From: a virus
Taxonomy: Duplodnaviria > Caudoviricetes
Reading direction: 5' to 3' (one strand)
Virus record (IMG/VR): IMGVR_UViG_3300032295_001534
Span: 1 to 25,488 of that record
Length of the DNA: 25,488 nucleotides
The translations under genes and the position numbers were made by a program. The number at the start of each line of letters is the position of its first letter. The first letter of the stretch is position 1. The notes under the pieces are model-generated. The model made no database searches. It was given only the letters and a program-made list of their open reading frames with translations, and was not told where the DNA came from. Below are positions 14,692-22,544 of this stretch, piece by piece.

Positions 14692-15006
14692 ATGAGTTGG
14701 GAAGATTGGTTATTGAATAATGGCCATGTCAAGGGAGTTACTGCTTATGATAAACTAATGGAACTCGCAGTCAGTTCCTACGATATGACATCAAAGAGCA
14801 GGAAACAAAATAGAATGGATATGAAGCACTACTTGGTGCTATGGTGGGTAGAGAATAAAGAAGAGTTCTCGACTTACAACTCAACCATTGCCTTGGGTAA
14901 GTTGCTTGGCACTGATCATTCAACCGTTATTCATTTTATGTACCATAGAAAGAAAACAATTAACTATGAAAAGAATGTAGAGTGTATTAAGGACTTTTTA
15001 AATTAA
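14692..15006 (+). CDS. DnaA C-terminal-like HTH protein
   Basis: S..ALGKLLG.DHSTVIH resembles the DnaA domain IV signature. Confidence 0.6.
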   Translation: MSWEDWLLNNGHVKGVTAYDKLMELAVSSYDMTSKSRKQNRMDMKHYLVLWWVENKEEFSTYNSTIALGKLLGTDHSTVIHFMYHRKKTINYEKNVECIKDFLN

Positions 15007-15011
15007 CTACC

Positions 15012-15428
15012 ATGATTTACAAAAATTTAGAGAATGTACTGGATAGAATATTCGGTCCGTTCTCAGAGGAGAGAACATTGATCCTCAACGCAGTCAAGAA
15101 AGATGTCGAGTCCGCATCTCCAACAGCCTCAGGCAATGACGTGGAGAAAATACTTAACATCTTTAACGAGGTGTTCCAGAAGAAATCTAGAGTAATTACC
15201 AAGAAGGTAATGAATAGATACAAGGAAGTACTCAAGCACTTTTCCCTGCAGGACATCAAGTCAGCAATGGAGAATGCTAAAGCAGATGAATTCCATTTAG
15301 AGAACAACTACAAGTATTGTACTATAGAATACTTCTCTAGGATGGAGCAAATTGATAAGTGGACCAATGTATCTACCGAAGAAAAGAAAAGCGACTTTGT
15401 GATGCCAAAATTTAATGTAAGGGGGTAA
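15012..15428 (+). CDS. Putative replication-associated protein (initiator/loader-like)
   Basis: Directly upstream of dnaB; helical domain of the type found at the C-terminus of phage replication proteins. Confidence 0.5.
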   Translation: MIYKNLENVLDRIFGPFSEERTLILNAVKKDVESASPTASGNDVEKILNIFNEVFQKKSRVITKKVMNRYKEVLKHFSLQDIKSAMENAKADEFHLENNYKYCTIEYFSRMEQIDKWTNVSTEEKKSDFVMPKFNVRG

Positions 15429-15429
15429 T

Positions 15430-16812
15430 ATGAATCAGATGCAGCTACGCTCAGAGCAAATAGTCTTACACTCTATGCTTATGCACCCCTCTACCATTCA
15501 CGACATTATGGGTAAGGTATCTTCGGATATGTTTGTCACACCCATAAACAAAGTAATCTTTGAAGCTGCATACGAACTTTATTTATCTCAAGAACCGATT
15601 AATGTCATAGCACTCAGTCAGGTGCTGATGAAGAAGAACACGATGTATAAGCGTGATTCTATCTCAGAGGTTTCTAACATCGTATCTATGGGTGCTGTTG
15701 GATCTAATGAATTAAGAAGTTCAATATACTTTTTGGTAGCAGAAAGTGTGCGTCACGAACACATTGATCTAGCCAAGAAGATAGAGAAGATGTCCGCTGA
15801 TGATTCATATGATCCTCAGAGCGTGATAAACACACTACAGGCACACATCACGGATAATAAGTTCAAGTCTATCATCAGGAAGAAAGATTTCGATAACGAA
15901 TCACTACTCCAAGAGTTAGACAAGAAAATGCTTGATGCTTCAACGAAAGAGGGTGTAAGCGGTATAGAGACTGGATACAAAAGGTTCGATGTCCTGACAT
16001 CAGGTATGCAACCTACTAACCTTATCATCATTGCTGCACGACCTGCTATGGGTAAAACACAGTACGCCTTAGGGCTAATGAAACACGCATCCATTCGAAA
16101 TAACTACAAAGGCCTATTCATATCGTGTGAGATGGATGAGGTTCAGGTTATGAAGAGAGTTATCTCTGTTGATAGTGGCATCCCCGGATATCACATCAAA
16201 CGTGGTAGACTTGAGACACGTGAGATCATGCGTTACGAGAAATCAAAGAAGCGAATCATCAATTCGAACATGAAGATCGTTGCAGGTTCTTTCACGATTA
16301 CTGATGTACTCTCAATGGTCTACAAGATGAAATACTCTGAAGGACTTGACTACGTTGTCATAGATTACATTCAGAAGATACAAAGCCCAGGTGCTCAGAA
16401 CAGGACCAATGAAGTAGGTGATGTATCTAGGAAGCTTAAGGATATGGCTAACGAACTTAAGATACCTGTCATAGCATTGGCTCAGTTATCTCGTGCGGTA
16501 GAACACAGGACTGATAAGAAACCTATGTTGTCTGACCTTAGGGAATCAGGCGATATCGAACAGGATGCTGACATTGTTATGTTCTTGTATCGTAATGGCT
16601 ACTATATGTCTCCTGAGGAAAAGGATAACAATCCTATGGCAGACGATGGGTATGCAATCATTGCAAAGCATAGAGATGGAGAACTTGAGGACATACACCT
16701 TAGGTTTGATGCGAACATTCCTGCTTGGAAGAATCCATATGATTCTGATGAACCTGATGAAGATTACGTTCAGACAGCACTAAGACCTAATAACGACTTT
16801 GATATATTCTGA
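15430..16812 (+). CDS. dnaB: Replicative DNA helicase
   Basis: IIAARPAMGKT (Walker A), VIDYIQ, LAQLSRAVE.R.DK.P.LSDLRESG.IEQDAD, KHRDG. Confidence 0.97.
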   Translation: MNQMQLRSEQIVLHSMLMHPSTIHDIMGKVSSDMFVTPINKVIFEAAYELYLSQEPINVIALSQVLMKKNTMYKRDSISEVSNIVSMGAVGSNELRSSIYFLVAESVRHEHIDLAKKIEKMSADDSYDPQSVINTLQAHITDNKFKSIIRKKDFDNESLLQELDKKMLDASTKEGVSGIETGYKRFDVLTSGMQPTNLIIIAARPAMGKTQYALGLMKHASIRNNYKGLFISCEMDEVQVMKRVISVDSGIPGYHIKRGRLETREIMRYEKSKKRIINSNMKIVAGSFTITDVLSMVYKMKYSEGLDYVVIDYIQKIQSPGAQNRTNEVGDVSRKLKDMANELKIPVIALAQLSRAVEHRTDKKPMLSDLRESGDIEQDADIVMFLYRNGYYMSPEEKDNNPMADDGYAIIAKHRDGELEDIHLRFDANIPAWKNPYDSDEPDEDYVQTALRPNNDFDIF

Positions 16813-17125
16813 TATGTTTGACATTTTTGAAGAGAAACCTCAGCCAAAGATATATTGTGCTGACGTTACGATAAGCGTAAAGATTCCACAACGTGGTAAG
16901 CAAAAGAAGTATGATTCTAAAACAATCAAGCTATACAAGATTCCATTAGTCATGAATGATGGCGATATTGCTACTGATCACCAGAAGAAAGTGCTATTCA
17001 AAAAGGTTCATGAGAATAAGATTGGCAAGGGCAAATATGAAGATATGATTTTCTCGATAGTATCAATTGATAATATCAAATATATGTCAAATTTATCTTA
17101 TAAGTTTGATTATTTAATTCATTAG
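16813..17125 (+). CDS. Hypothetical protein
   Basis: Track ORF 16799..17125; the ATG just after the dnaB stop (MFDIFEEK...) is the likelier start, coordinate approximate. Confidence 0.7.
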
Positions 17126-17149
17126 TGTAAACAATTTTGTTTACATTTG
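17126..17149 (+). promoter_or_regulatory. Palindrome overlapping a -7 promoter element
   Basis: TGTAAACAA-TT-TTGTTTACA (17126-45) overlaps TACATTTG (17142-49). Confidence 0.6.
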
Positions 17150-17165
17150 TTAAAAATATAATAGT

Positions 17166-17807
17166 ATGGAGCGTCAAATTTTACAAGTATTGGAATTCCA
17201 GAAGGCATTTAATGTCAGTATGCCATCTGAGCCAAAGATGTTACCTAGAAAAAGAGCAAAACTACGTCAGTCATTGCTCCAGGAAGAGGTAACTGAATTA
17301 GCAGAAGCAAAGAATTTACTCGATGTTGCAGATGCAATCTGTGATATCCTGTACATCACCTATGGTACGGCACATGAATATGGTCTTGCTGATCGTCTAG
17401 TAATGTTGTTTGACGAGGTTCACCGATCAAATATGTCTAAGATGGGACCTGATGGTAAGCCTTTATTCCGTGAAGATGGCAAGGTAATGAAGCCTGAGAC
17501 ATACTCAGAGCCTAAACTACGACCTATCATCGAAAGAAACTTCTCCGTATATAAAGAAAGCAAAGCAATGAAAGATGCTGCTGAAATTATGGAGGCGATT
17601 GCTAATGAGGAAAAGAACCTCTTAAATGATCGAATAGAGAACAAGTTAAGGAAACACCTTACTTTATGGGATAAGTTCCTGTATTGGCTCTTAAATAAGG
17701 CTGAGAACAATCTTAAGACTAAGATCGAGGTTAAGTATCCACAGTCTATCTATGGCGAAGTAGTAGTCAATATTTATGGCAAAGATTACCCAATCCAAAA
17801 CGTCTAA
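17166..17807 (+). CDS. MazG-like NTP pyrophosphohydrolase (dUTPase/PRA-PH-like)
   Basis: LLQEEVTEL, VADAICDILY, EVHRSNMSK, REDGKVMKP. Confidence 0.9.
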   Translation: MERQILQVLEFQKAFNVSMPSEPKMLPRKRAKLRQSLLQEEVTELAEAKNLLDVADAICDILYITYGTAHEYGLADRLVMLFDEVHRSNMSKMGPDGKPLFREDGKVMKPETYSEPKLRPIIERNFSVYKESKAMKDAAEIMEAIANEEKNLLNDRIENKLRKHLTLWDKFLYWLLNKAENNLKTKIEVKYPQSIYGEVVVNIYGKDYPIQNV

Positions 17808-18168
17808 GTACGGCAATAAGAAAATTGAGTTAGATGGTGTCAAGTTTGATTCCAAGCTGGAATTATTCTGTTACCAACAATTTAAGAGTTTGGGGCTAGA
17901 ATTCGACTTTCAGAGAACAATACTCTTGCAGGAAGGATTTAGATTCAAAGGTAAGTGGATACGACCTATTACTATGATTGTAGACTTTGTACTTCATCAC
18001 AATGGACAAAAGATCTACATAGATACAAAAGGGTTCGCTACCGAGACATCTAAGCTGAAATACAAGATGCTAAAGTTTTATGTAAGAGAAGATTCTACTG
18101 CTGATGTGGTTTGGCTACACTCCCAAAAAGAAGTCAAAGAGTTTTTATTTAATTTATTAAAGTTATGA
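17776..18168 (+). CDS. DUF1064-family PD-(D/E)xK nuclease
   Basis: SKYGNKK...DG..FDSK.E, VDF, DTKG. Confidence 0.85.
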   Translation: MAKITQSKTSKYGNKKIELDGVKFDSKLELFCYQQFKSLGLEFDFQRTILLQEGFRFKGKWIRPITMIVDFVLHHNGQKIYIDTKGFATETSKLKYKMLKFYVREDSTADVVWLHSQKEVKEFLFNLLKL

Positions 18169-18581
18169 GTAGTGTAAACAAAGTAGTCCTACTGGGAAAT
18201 GTAGGTGGAGTTGAAGTTAAAAGCTTCGAGAATGGTAAGAAGTTAGTTCAGTTGTCATTGGCAACGTCTGACGGTTACAAAAAGGGTGATAAGTGGGAAG
18301 AGAAAACAGAGTGGCATCGCTGCATCTTTGCTATCCCTGCCCTTGCTGAAAGAGCAGCTGCAATTCAAAAAGGTGATAAGATCTATGTTGAAGGAAGCAT
18401 TAACACAAATTCTTGGACAACCAAAGATGGTGAGAAGAAAGAGATCAAAGAGATTTCTTGTACAATGTTCAAGACGTTTGTAAAAGCTAAGACAGAGCAA
18501 AAAGAATTCAATCAACCTAAGACAACCGTTACTGAAAGTAAGAGCGATTGGACTCAGGAGTCGGATGATATTCCTTTCTGA
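18165..18581 (+). CDS. ssb: Single-stranded DNA-binding protein
   Basis: VNKVVLLGNVG, LATS, TEWHR, KGDKIYVEG, C-terminal DDIPF. Confidence 0.95.
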   Translation: MSSVNKVVLLGNVGGVEVKSFENGKKLVQLSLATSDGYKKGDKWEEKTEWHRCIFAIPALAERAAAIQKGDKIYVEGSINTNSWTTKDGEKKEIKEISCTMFKTFVKAKTEQKEFNQPKTTVTESKSDWTQESDDIPF

Positions 18582-18613
18582 TGTAAATAAGTAACCAATT
18601 AAATCAATAAAAA

Positions 18614-18985
18614 ATGCAAGAGAAATCGCTGCACAACACCACTGCAAATGGTGCAAAAAAGAATGTTAAAGACATTCAATTTTGGGGAGACGGAGACACT
18701 TTCCGTTTAATTTCTAAAGCTTCATCTGAGGCAGAGGGATGGATGAAATCAACTAAGGCTATGCCGGTAGGCAACTCAGTTGTTATTCAGGTAACAACGC
18801 AACAGCGCAATCCTGATGGAAGCTATTCAGTTGCTGAGGCACTAACAACAGTTGATAATGTTATCATCTGCGAGTACAAAGTTGGCGACACTGTAGAGGC
18901 AAGAACTATTATCCCAAGAACTCAGGAGCATGAGGGAGTTCACGTCACAGCAGTTAGAAACGTAGCTTTAGAAACAGCTGAGTAA
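18614..18985 (+). CDS. Hypothetical phage protein
   Basis: 123 aa; GWMKSTKAM, VIQVTTQQ. Confidence 0.8.
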   Translation: MQEKSLHNTTANGAKKNVKDIQFWGDGDTFRLISKASSEAEGWMKSTKAMPVGNSVVIQVTTQQRNPDGSYSVAEALTTVDNVIICEYKVGDTVEARTIIPRTQEHEGVHVTAVRNVALETAE

Positions 18986-19083
18986 AGCTTGCCACTGACG
19001 AGTGGAACGTAACCTGCCGGTCTTAATTGCTCGCGGTTCTCATCGTAGGGAGATAGGTTAGCCTTCCGAGGAAAAAGGCACAT

Positions 19084-19209
19084 AGTCAGGTGGCGGAATT
19101 GGTAGACGCAAAAAAACTGTAATGAGGTATGTCCAATCCTCACATTAAACAAAAAGGGTTACAACGCAGAAGTGCGGAAGCGGTACAGGTTCGAATCCTG
19201 TCCTGACTG
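19084..19209 (+). ncRNA. tRNA-like RNA 1 (class II-type D arm, no canonical anticodon arm)
   Basis: Acceptor AGTCAGG/CCTGACT, D arm GCGGAATTGGTAGACGC, T arm ACAGG-TTCGAAT-CCTGT; 75-nt middle. Confidence 0.75.
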
Positions 19210-19256
19210 CAAAAGGTATAGGCGCACTAACTTCCTTATTTCTAATAGAACGCAAT

Positions 19257-19411
19257 CACGGAGTGGCGGAAAGCAATTGGATACTGTTCAGTTGTGGGGA
19301 GACGCTAGTACTTGAAAATGCAATAGAATAGGGTATCAGCTGTAACCGCCTATTGAGCAGAAGTAGAAACAAGGGATAAGCTCCATGCAGGTTCGAGCCC
19401 TGCCTCCGTGG
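19257..19411 (+). ncRNA. tRNA-like RNA 2 (hairpin in D loop, expanded middle)
   Basis: Acceptor CACGGAG/CTCCGTG, GCGGAAA...GGGGAGACGC, T arm GCAGG-TTCGAGC-CCTGC; 81-nt middle. Confidence 0.7.
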
Positions 19412-19429
19412 CAAATTGATTCAACATAA

Positions 19430-19514
19430 GTGGTAAAAATTGCCACATACGTAATAACAAAATGTAAACTTATAAGCTTACAAAACAAATAGAAATTTAA
19501 ACCTATAAGCTTAA
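19430..19514. repeat. Cluster of short imperfect palindromes and a 16-bp direct repeat
   Basis: GTGGTAA-AAA-TTGCCAC; TAAACTTATAAGCTTA (19465) and TAAACCTATAAGCTTA (19498). Confidence 0.6.
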
Positions 19515-19518
19515 TTAG

Positions 19519-19767
19519 ATGAACGAAGTAGTAAAGTTTAGAGAGAGACTTAAAAAGATTGGCATAGAGATAGAGCTAGAAGGTAACGCGCCCTGGATAT
19601 ATCTTAAGTCAGTTAACGGAAACAAAGTGGAGCGAGAAGATTGGGTTAATGCTAATCACGGTTACTGCGTAGCTTGGTATCCAGTTTGGCACAGGGATGA
19701 AGTTCAGATGAATTGGCAGGACATTAAGTTAACTTTTAAGTTAATCAGGAAGTATAGAAATGTCTAA
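19519..19767 (+). CDS. Hypothetical phage protein
   Basis: RLKKIGIEIEL.GN.PWIYL..VNG. Confidence 0.8.
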   Translation: MNEVVKFRERLKKIGIEIELEGNAPWIYLKSVNGNKVEREDWVNANHGYCVAWYPVWHRDEVQMNWQDIKLTFKLIRKYRNV

Positions 19768-19781
19768 TATACTATGCATAA

Positions 19782-19895
19782 TCGGTAAAAATCCGAATAA
19801 ATAGCTAATATATTACGCAATTCGCGAATCAAGAATTATACGCAAAAGGATATAAATATCCGTATATAGACGAAATTATACGCAAACACATATAA
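19782..19895. repeat. Second cluster of short palindromes and direct repeats
   Basis: TCGG-TAAAAAT-CCGA, TAATATATTA, ATTCGCGAAT, TTATACGCAAA-N4-TATAA twice (19836, 19876). Confidence 0.6.
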
Positions 19896-20149
19896 TGAAT
19901 GGCAAAGTACAATGTTGGACTTGTTACAAGTTTAAAGCGCTCGATAAATTCGACCAAAATAGACGAGAATACAATCTTAAAAGCCGAAAAGGAACTCTGT
20001 TCAGCTGTAAGAGATGCACACGAGCAAGAGTGCTGCGTGAATTACGAGCAGTGCGATACGACTTCGGAGAGCGAAAGTTTGTAGTACACCACTTTAAGAA
20101 TAAAAGCCAAGCCTTAAAATTTATAAAGAATGAAAGCAACACTAATTAA
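19895..20149 (+). CDS. Small zinc-binding basic protein
   Basis: CWTC...K....F...CKRC. Confidence 0.7.
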   Translation: MNGKVQCWTCYKFKALDKFDQNRREYNLKSRKGTLFSCKRCTRARVLRELRAVRYDFGERKFVVHHFKNKSQALKFIKNESNTN

Positions 20150-20681
20150 AGTTGATTCAGTTTATCACTTATGGTTAAATCCTAATACAAAAGACAAGGA
20201 GCACATCGCTTCAGACAATCCAATTGTAGATACTCGTGGTGTTGACCTGAGAAAGTATAAATTATCCAAACAAAACTGTGATGAGATATTTGGAGTAGTT
20301 ACACCTGAAGCCATGATGAGAGATATCGAATCTAATTGTGAGGTGACAAAAGAAGGGTTTATTGTTGGCTTTCAAACAGCTATGTTATTGATTAAAGACA
20401 AGCAGTTTACTTTGGAAGATGTCAGAAAAGCAATTGCGTATGGTGAAAACTTTAGAGATATGGATGAAGGAAAAGTTCCATACCAAACATTTGTTGAATT
20501 TATCCAATCCCTTCAACGACCAACAGAAATTGAAGTTGAGGTTGAGATGGAAACTAAAAAACAATTAGTCAATGGTTATGAAAATCAACCTGATAATGTT
20601 GTAGGTTTTGTTGCTAAGTATAAATACATATTAGTTCCGAAACTTGATGAAGATGGATGTTTAATACTTAAAAAATTATGA
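20130..20681 (+). CDS. Hypothetical phage protein
   Basis: 183 aa; KLSKQNCDEIFG, FTLED, PKLDEDGCLILK. Confidence 0.8.
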   Translation: MKATLIKVDSVYHLWLNPNTKDKEHIASDNPIVDTRGVDLRKYKLSKQNCDEIFGVVTPEAMMRDIESNCEVTKEGFIVGFQTAMLLIKDKQFTLEDVRKAIAYGENFRDMDEGKVPYQTFVEFIQSLQRPTEIEVEVEMETKKQLVNGYENQPDNVVGFVAKYKYILVPKLDEDGCLILKKL

Positions 20682-20902
20682 AAGCAACAATAGAGTTCAA
20701 TGAGTACGATGAGTTGGTTGATGCAATAAACGGTTGGAAATGGAAGAATGCAATGTGGGAGCTTGATCAACAGATGCGTAAGGTAACCAAACATGGGCAA
20801 CACAACGGTAGGGACGCTACTGAAGCTGAGATTGAGATTACTGAACATTGGAGAGAAACGCTCAGGAAATTAATTAATAATGATGGATTAAACTTTGAAT
20901 AA
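20678..20902 (+). CDS. Hypothetical protein
   Basis: ATGA overlap; AING.KW...WELDQ.MR. Confidence 0.8.
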   Translation: MKATIEFNEYDELVDAINGWKWKNAMWELDQQMRKVTKHGQHNGRDATEAEIEITEHWRETLRKLINNDGLNFE

Positions 20903-21135
20903 TGACGGAATACGAATTAGAATTGAATTCTCAGGATCTAGGAGAGATTATTGAGATACTTCGGGTGCAACACTTCAGGATGCACGCTGAACCATTCGCT
21001 CAGAAAATCGGAATGAAAGAAAATGTTCTGCTATCTGTAGAAGAAGGTCGAGGACCACACGGATTACTCGCCTTAAAGAAAATTAATGATACCTTCCACA
21101 ATGTGAAGGTTACATTTAAGGTACAAATTAATTAG
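20902..21135 (+). CDS. XRE-family HTH protein
   Basis: LGEII..LR....M....FAQKIGM....L..VEEGR. Confidence 0.7.
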   Translation: MTEYELELNSQDLGEIIEILRVQHFRMHAEPFAQKIGMKENVLLSVEEGRGPHGLLALKKINDTFHNVKVTFKVQIN

Positions 21136-21269
21136 CGACCTTGCCCTATGTTTCGCTTAACGTAGTTCTTAGAACCCTTAATTTTAGAAGACTTGGATTT
21201 CGCATGAGTTCCAGGTCTTTTCTTTTTAGGAGTTTCTAATTTAGTGCCAGTGTTAATCTGCTTTGCCAT
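21132..21269 (-). CDS. 45-aa highly basic protein ending GQGR (not in ORF track)
   Basis: MAKQINTGTKLETPKKKRPGTHAKSKSSKIKGSKNYVKRNIGQGR*; TAATG overlap with the upstream gene. Confidence 0.8.
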   Translation of the reverse strand: MAKQINTGTKLETPKKKRPGTHAKSKSSKIKGSKNYVKRNIGQGR

Positions 21270-21550
21270 TACTTAAAGAATTTGCGTTTTTTGTCAGCAC
21301 GATTCTTAGATTGTGACTGACTAATGGTTTTAGTTTTAGACGTGTGTGCTACATCTTTGCCATCATGATTACCATGAGTTCCATTTTCACGATTAATCGC
21401 CTGTAGAACGGCTCTATATCGCTTTCTAGAGGGTGTATCTTGATACTTAGTATCGTAAGCTACCTTTTTCTTACGAGCTTCAGGGTTCTCTTGATAGTAT
21501 TTAGCACTTTTTGACTTACCTGTCTTTGTGCCTGCTAACTTATTTCTCAT
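21269..21550 (-). CDS. Basic protein with degenerate HNH-like motif
   Basis: DGKDVAH...SQSKNRA. Confidence 0.7.
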   Translation of the reverse strand: MRNKLAGTKTGKSKSAKYYQENPEARKKKVAYDTKYQDTPSRKRYRAVLQAINRENGTHGNHDGKDVAHTSKTKTISQSQSKNRADKKRKFFK

Positions 21551-22110
21551 GGTCTGAAAGTTTTTTTATAGTCCTCTAAGCGGTTAAGCCAACCTTGTAA
21601 GAATTTAGCGTTCTTTCCTTTTGAAATAGCTCTAAAGAATCTTTCTCTTTCAGCAGTTAAAGCATCAAATAATTTTCTAGGCTCAATTGAATTTGCAGCC
21701 GCAATGGTTTTTGGACCAATCTTTCCGTCTACAGCGCATTTTACACCGCAGTCATTTATAGCTTTCTGTAATGATTTTACAGCTTGATATGGACCTGATC
21801 CCCAAGCCATACCTGTAACGAATATAGCGATGTTTACAGAATCGTAATCATCACCCTTAACTTTATCCCAATAGCCTTTCTTAAATACACGGAACCAGTC
21901 TTCTGATGACATCTCAAAGAATTCTTTATCCTTGTTCTTTCCGTAGAATGAAACCCAAGCTGAATAAGTAATACCTATGTTGGTGTGCCACCCTGTCTTT
22001 CCTTGAAAAGGTGTAGGGCATGGATATGAAGAAGCAGAGTCAGCCTTATCTCTAGATAGACCGCCTTCCCACTTCTTTGTAAACTTAATATATCGATCTA
22101 TGATTTCCAT
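21547..22110 (-). CDS. Endolysin, glycoside hydrolase family 108 with C-terminal peptidoglycan-binding domain
   Basis: WEGG...TNIGIT, VDGKIGPKT, FLQGWLNRL. Confidence 0.9.
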   Translation of the reverse strand: MEIIDRYIKFTKKWEGGLSRDKADSASSYPCPTPFQGKTGWHTNIGITYSAWVSFYGKNKDKEFFEMSSEDWFRVFKKGYWDKVKGDDYDSVNIAIFVTGMAWGSGPYQAVKSLQKAINDCGVKCAVDGKIGPKTIAAANSIEPRKLFDALTAERERFFRAISKGKNAKFLQGWLNRLEDYKKTFRP

Positions 22111-22544
22111 TTGTCGCTTTCGGTTTTTAGGCCTGTAACAAACTTCTTAAATGAAGCAAGAATATCCTTGCCTGTTACATCTTTGTAGTTCTCGTTGATG
22201 CTTTTCACTTCTGTAAAAACTAAAAATAGAGCTATCGCTTTTGTTAGCAACAACTCTACTGAAATGAAATGGGCAATAATATCGCCTGCAATGTACTTCT
22301 CTACTAAGAAGAAAAATGAAATGGCTCCTGCATATATACAAGCCTTAACAGCTGTTCTGTAGAATCCTTGACTTTGGATTACATCCCAAAATTTAGCATC
22401 TGTATTTTCTCTTCTTTTATAGGATCTCCAAACGCCAAAACAAACGTCTAAAAGAATAGCAATAAGGGCGATAGTCATTAGGGGCTTCACCGGAGCGAAG
22501 ATAGTAAGGATTCCAGACAAAGCAAGTAGTATGTTAGTTTTCAT
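22098..22544 (-). CDS. Holin
   Basis: Several TM segments, LD..FGV, EVKSINEN; directly upstream of the endolysin. Confidence 0.8.
   Translation of the reverse strand: MKTNILLALSGILTIFAPVKPLMTIALIAILLDVCFGVWRSYKRRENTDAKFWDVIQSQGFYRTAVKACIYAGAISFFFLVEKYIAGDIIAHFISVELLLTKAIALFLVFTEVKSINENYKDVTGKDILASFKKFVTGLKTESDKWKS

Noticed and set aside
18995-19012. Hammerhead ribozyme (CTGACGA core)
   Set aside because: It is followed by GTAA rather than GAAA, stems I and III cannot be built, and the core is sequestered in the CCACT/AGTGG hairpin.
19084-19411. Canonical tRNA-Leu/Tyr genes or tmRNA
   Set aside because: No proper anticodon stem-loop; too short for tmRNA, with no tag ORF or G3-U70 alanine identity.
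794-20848. Minus-strand ORFs (e.g. 794, 1130, 5438, 7245, 11774, 15816, 18255) and nested + ORFs (3218, 16565, 18286, 19899)
   Set aside because: Shadows of well-supported + strand genes with no recognisable motifs.
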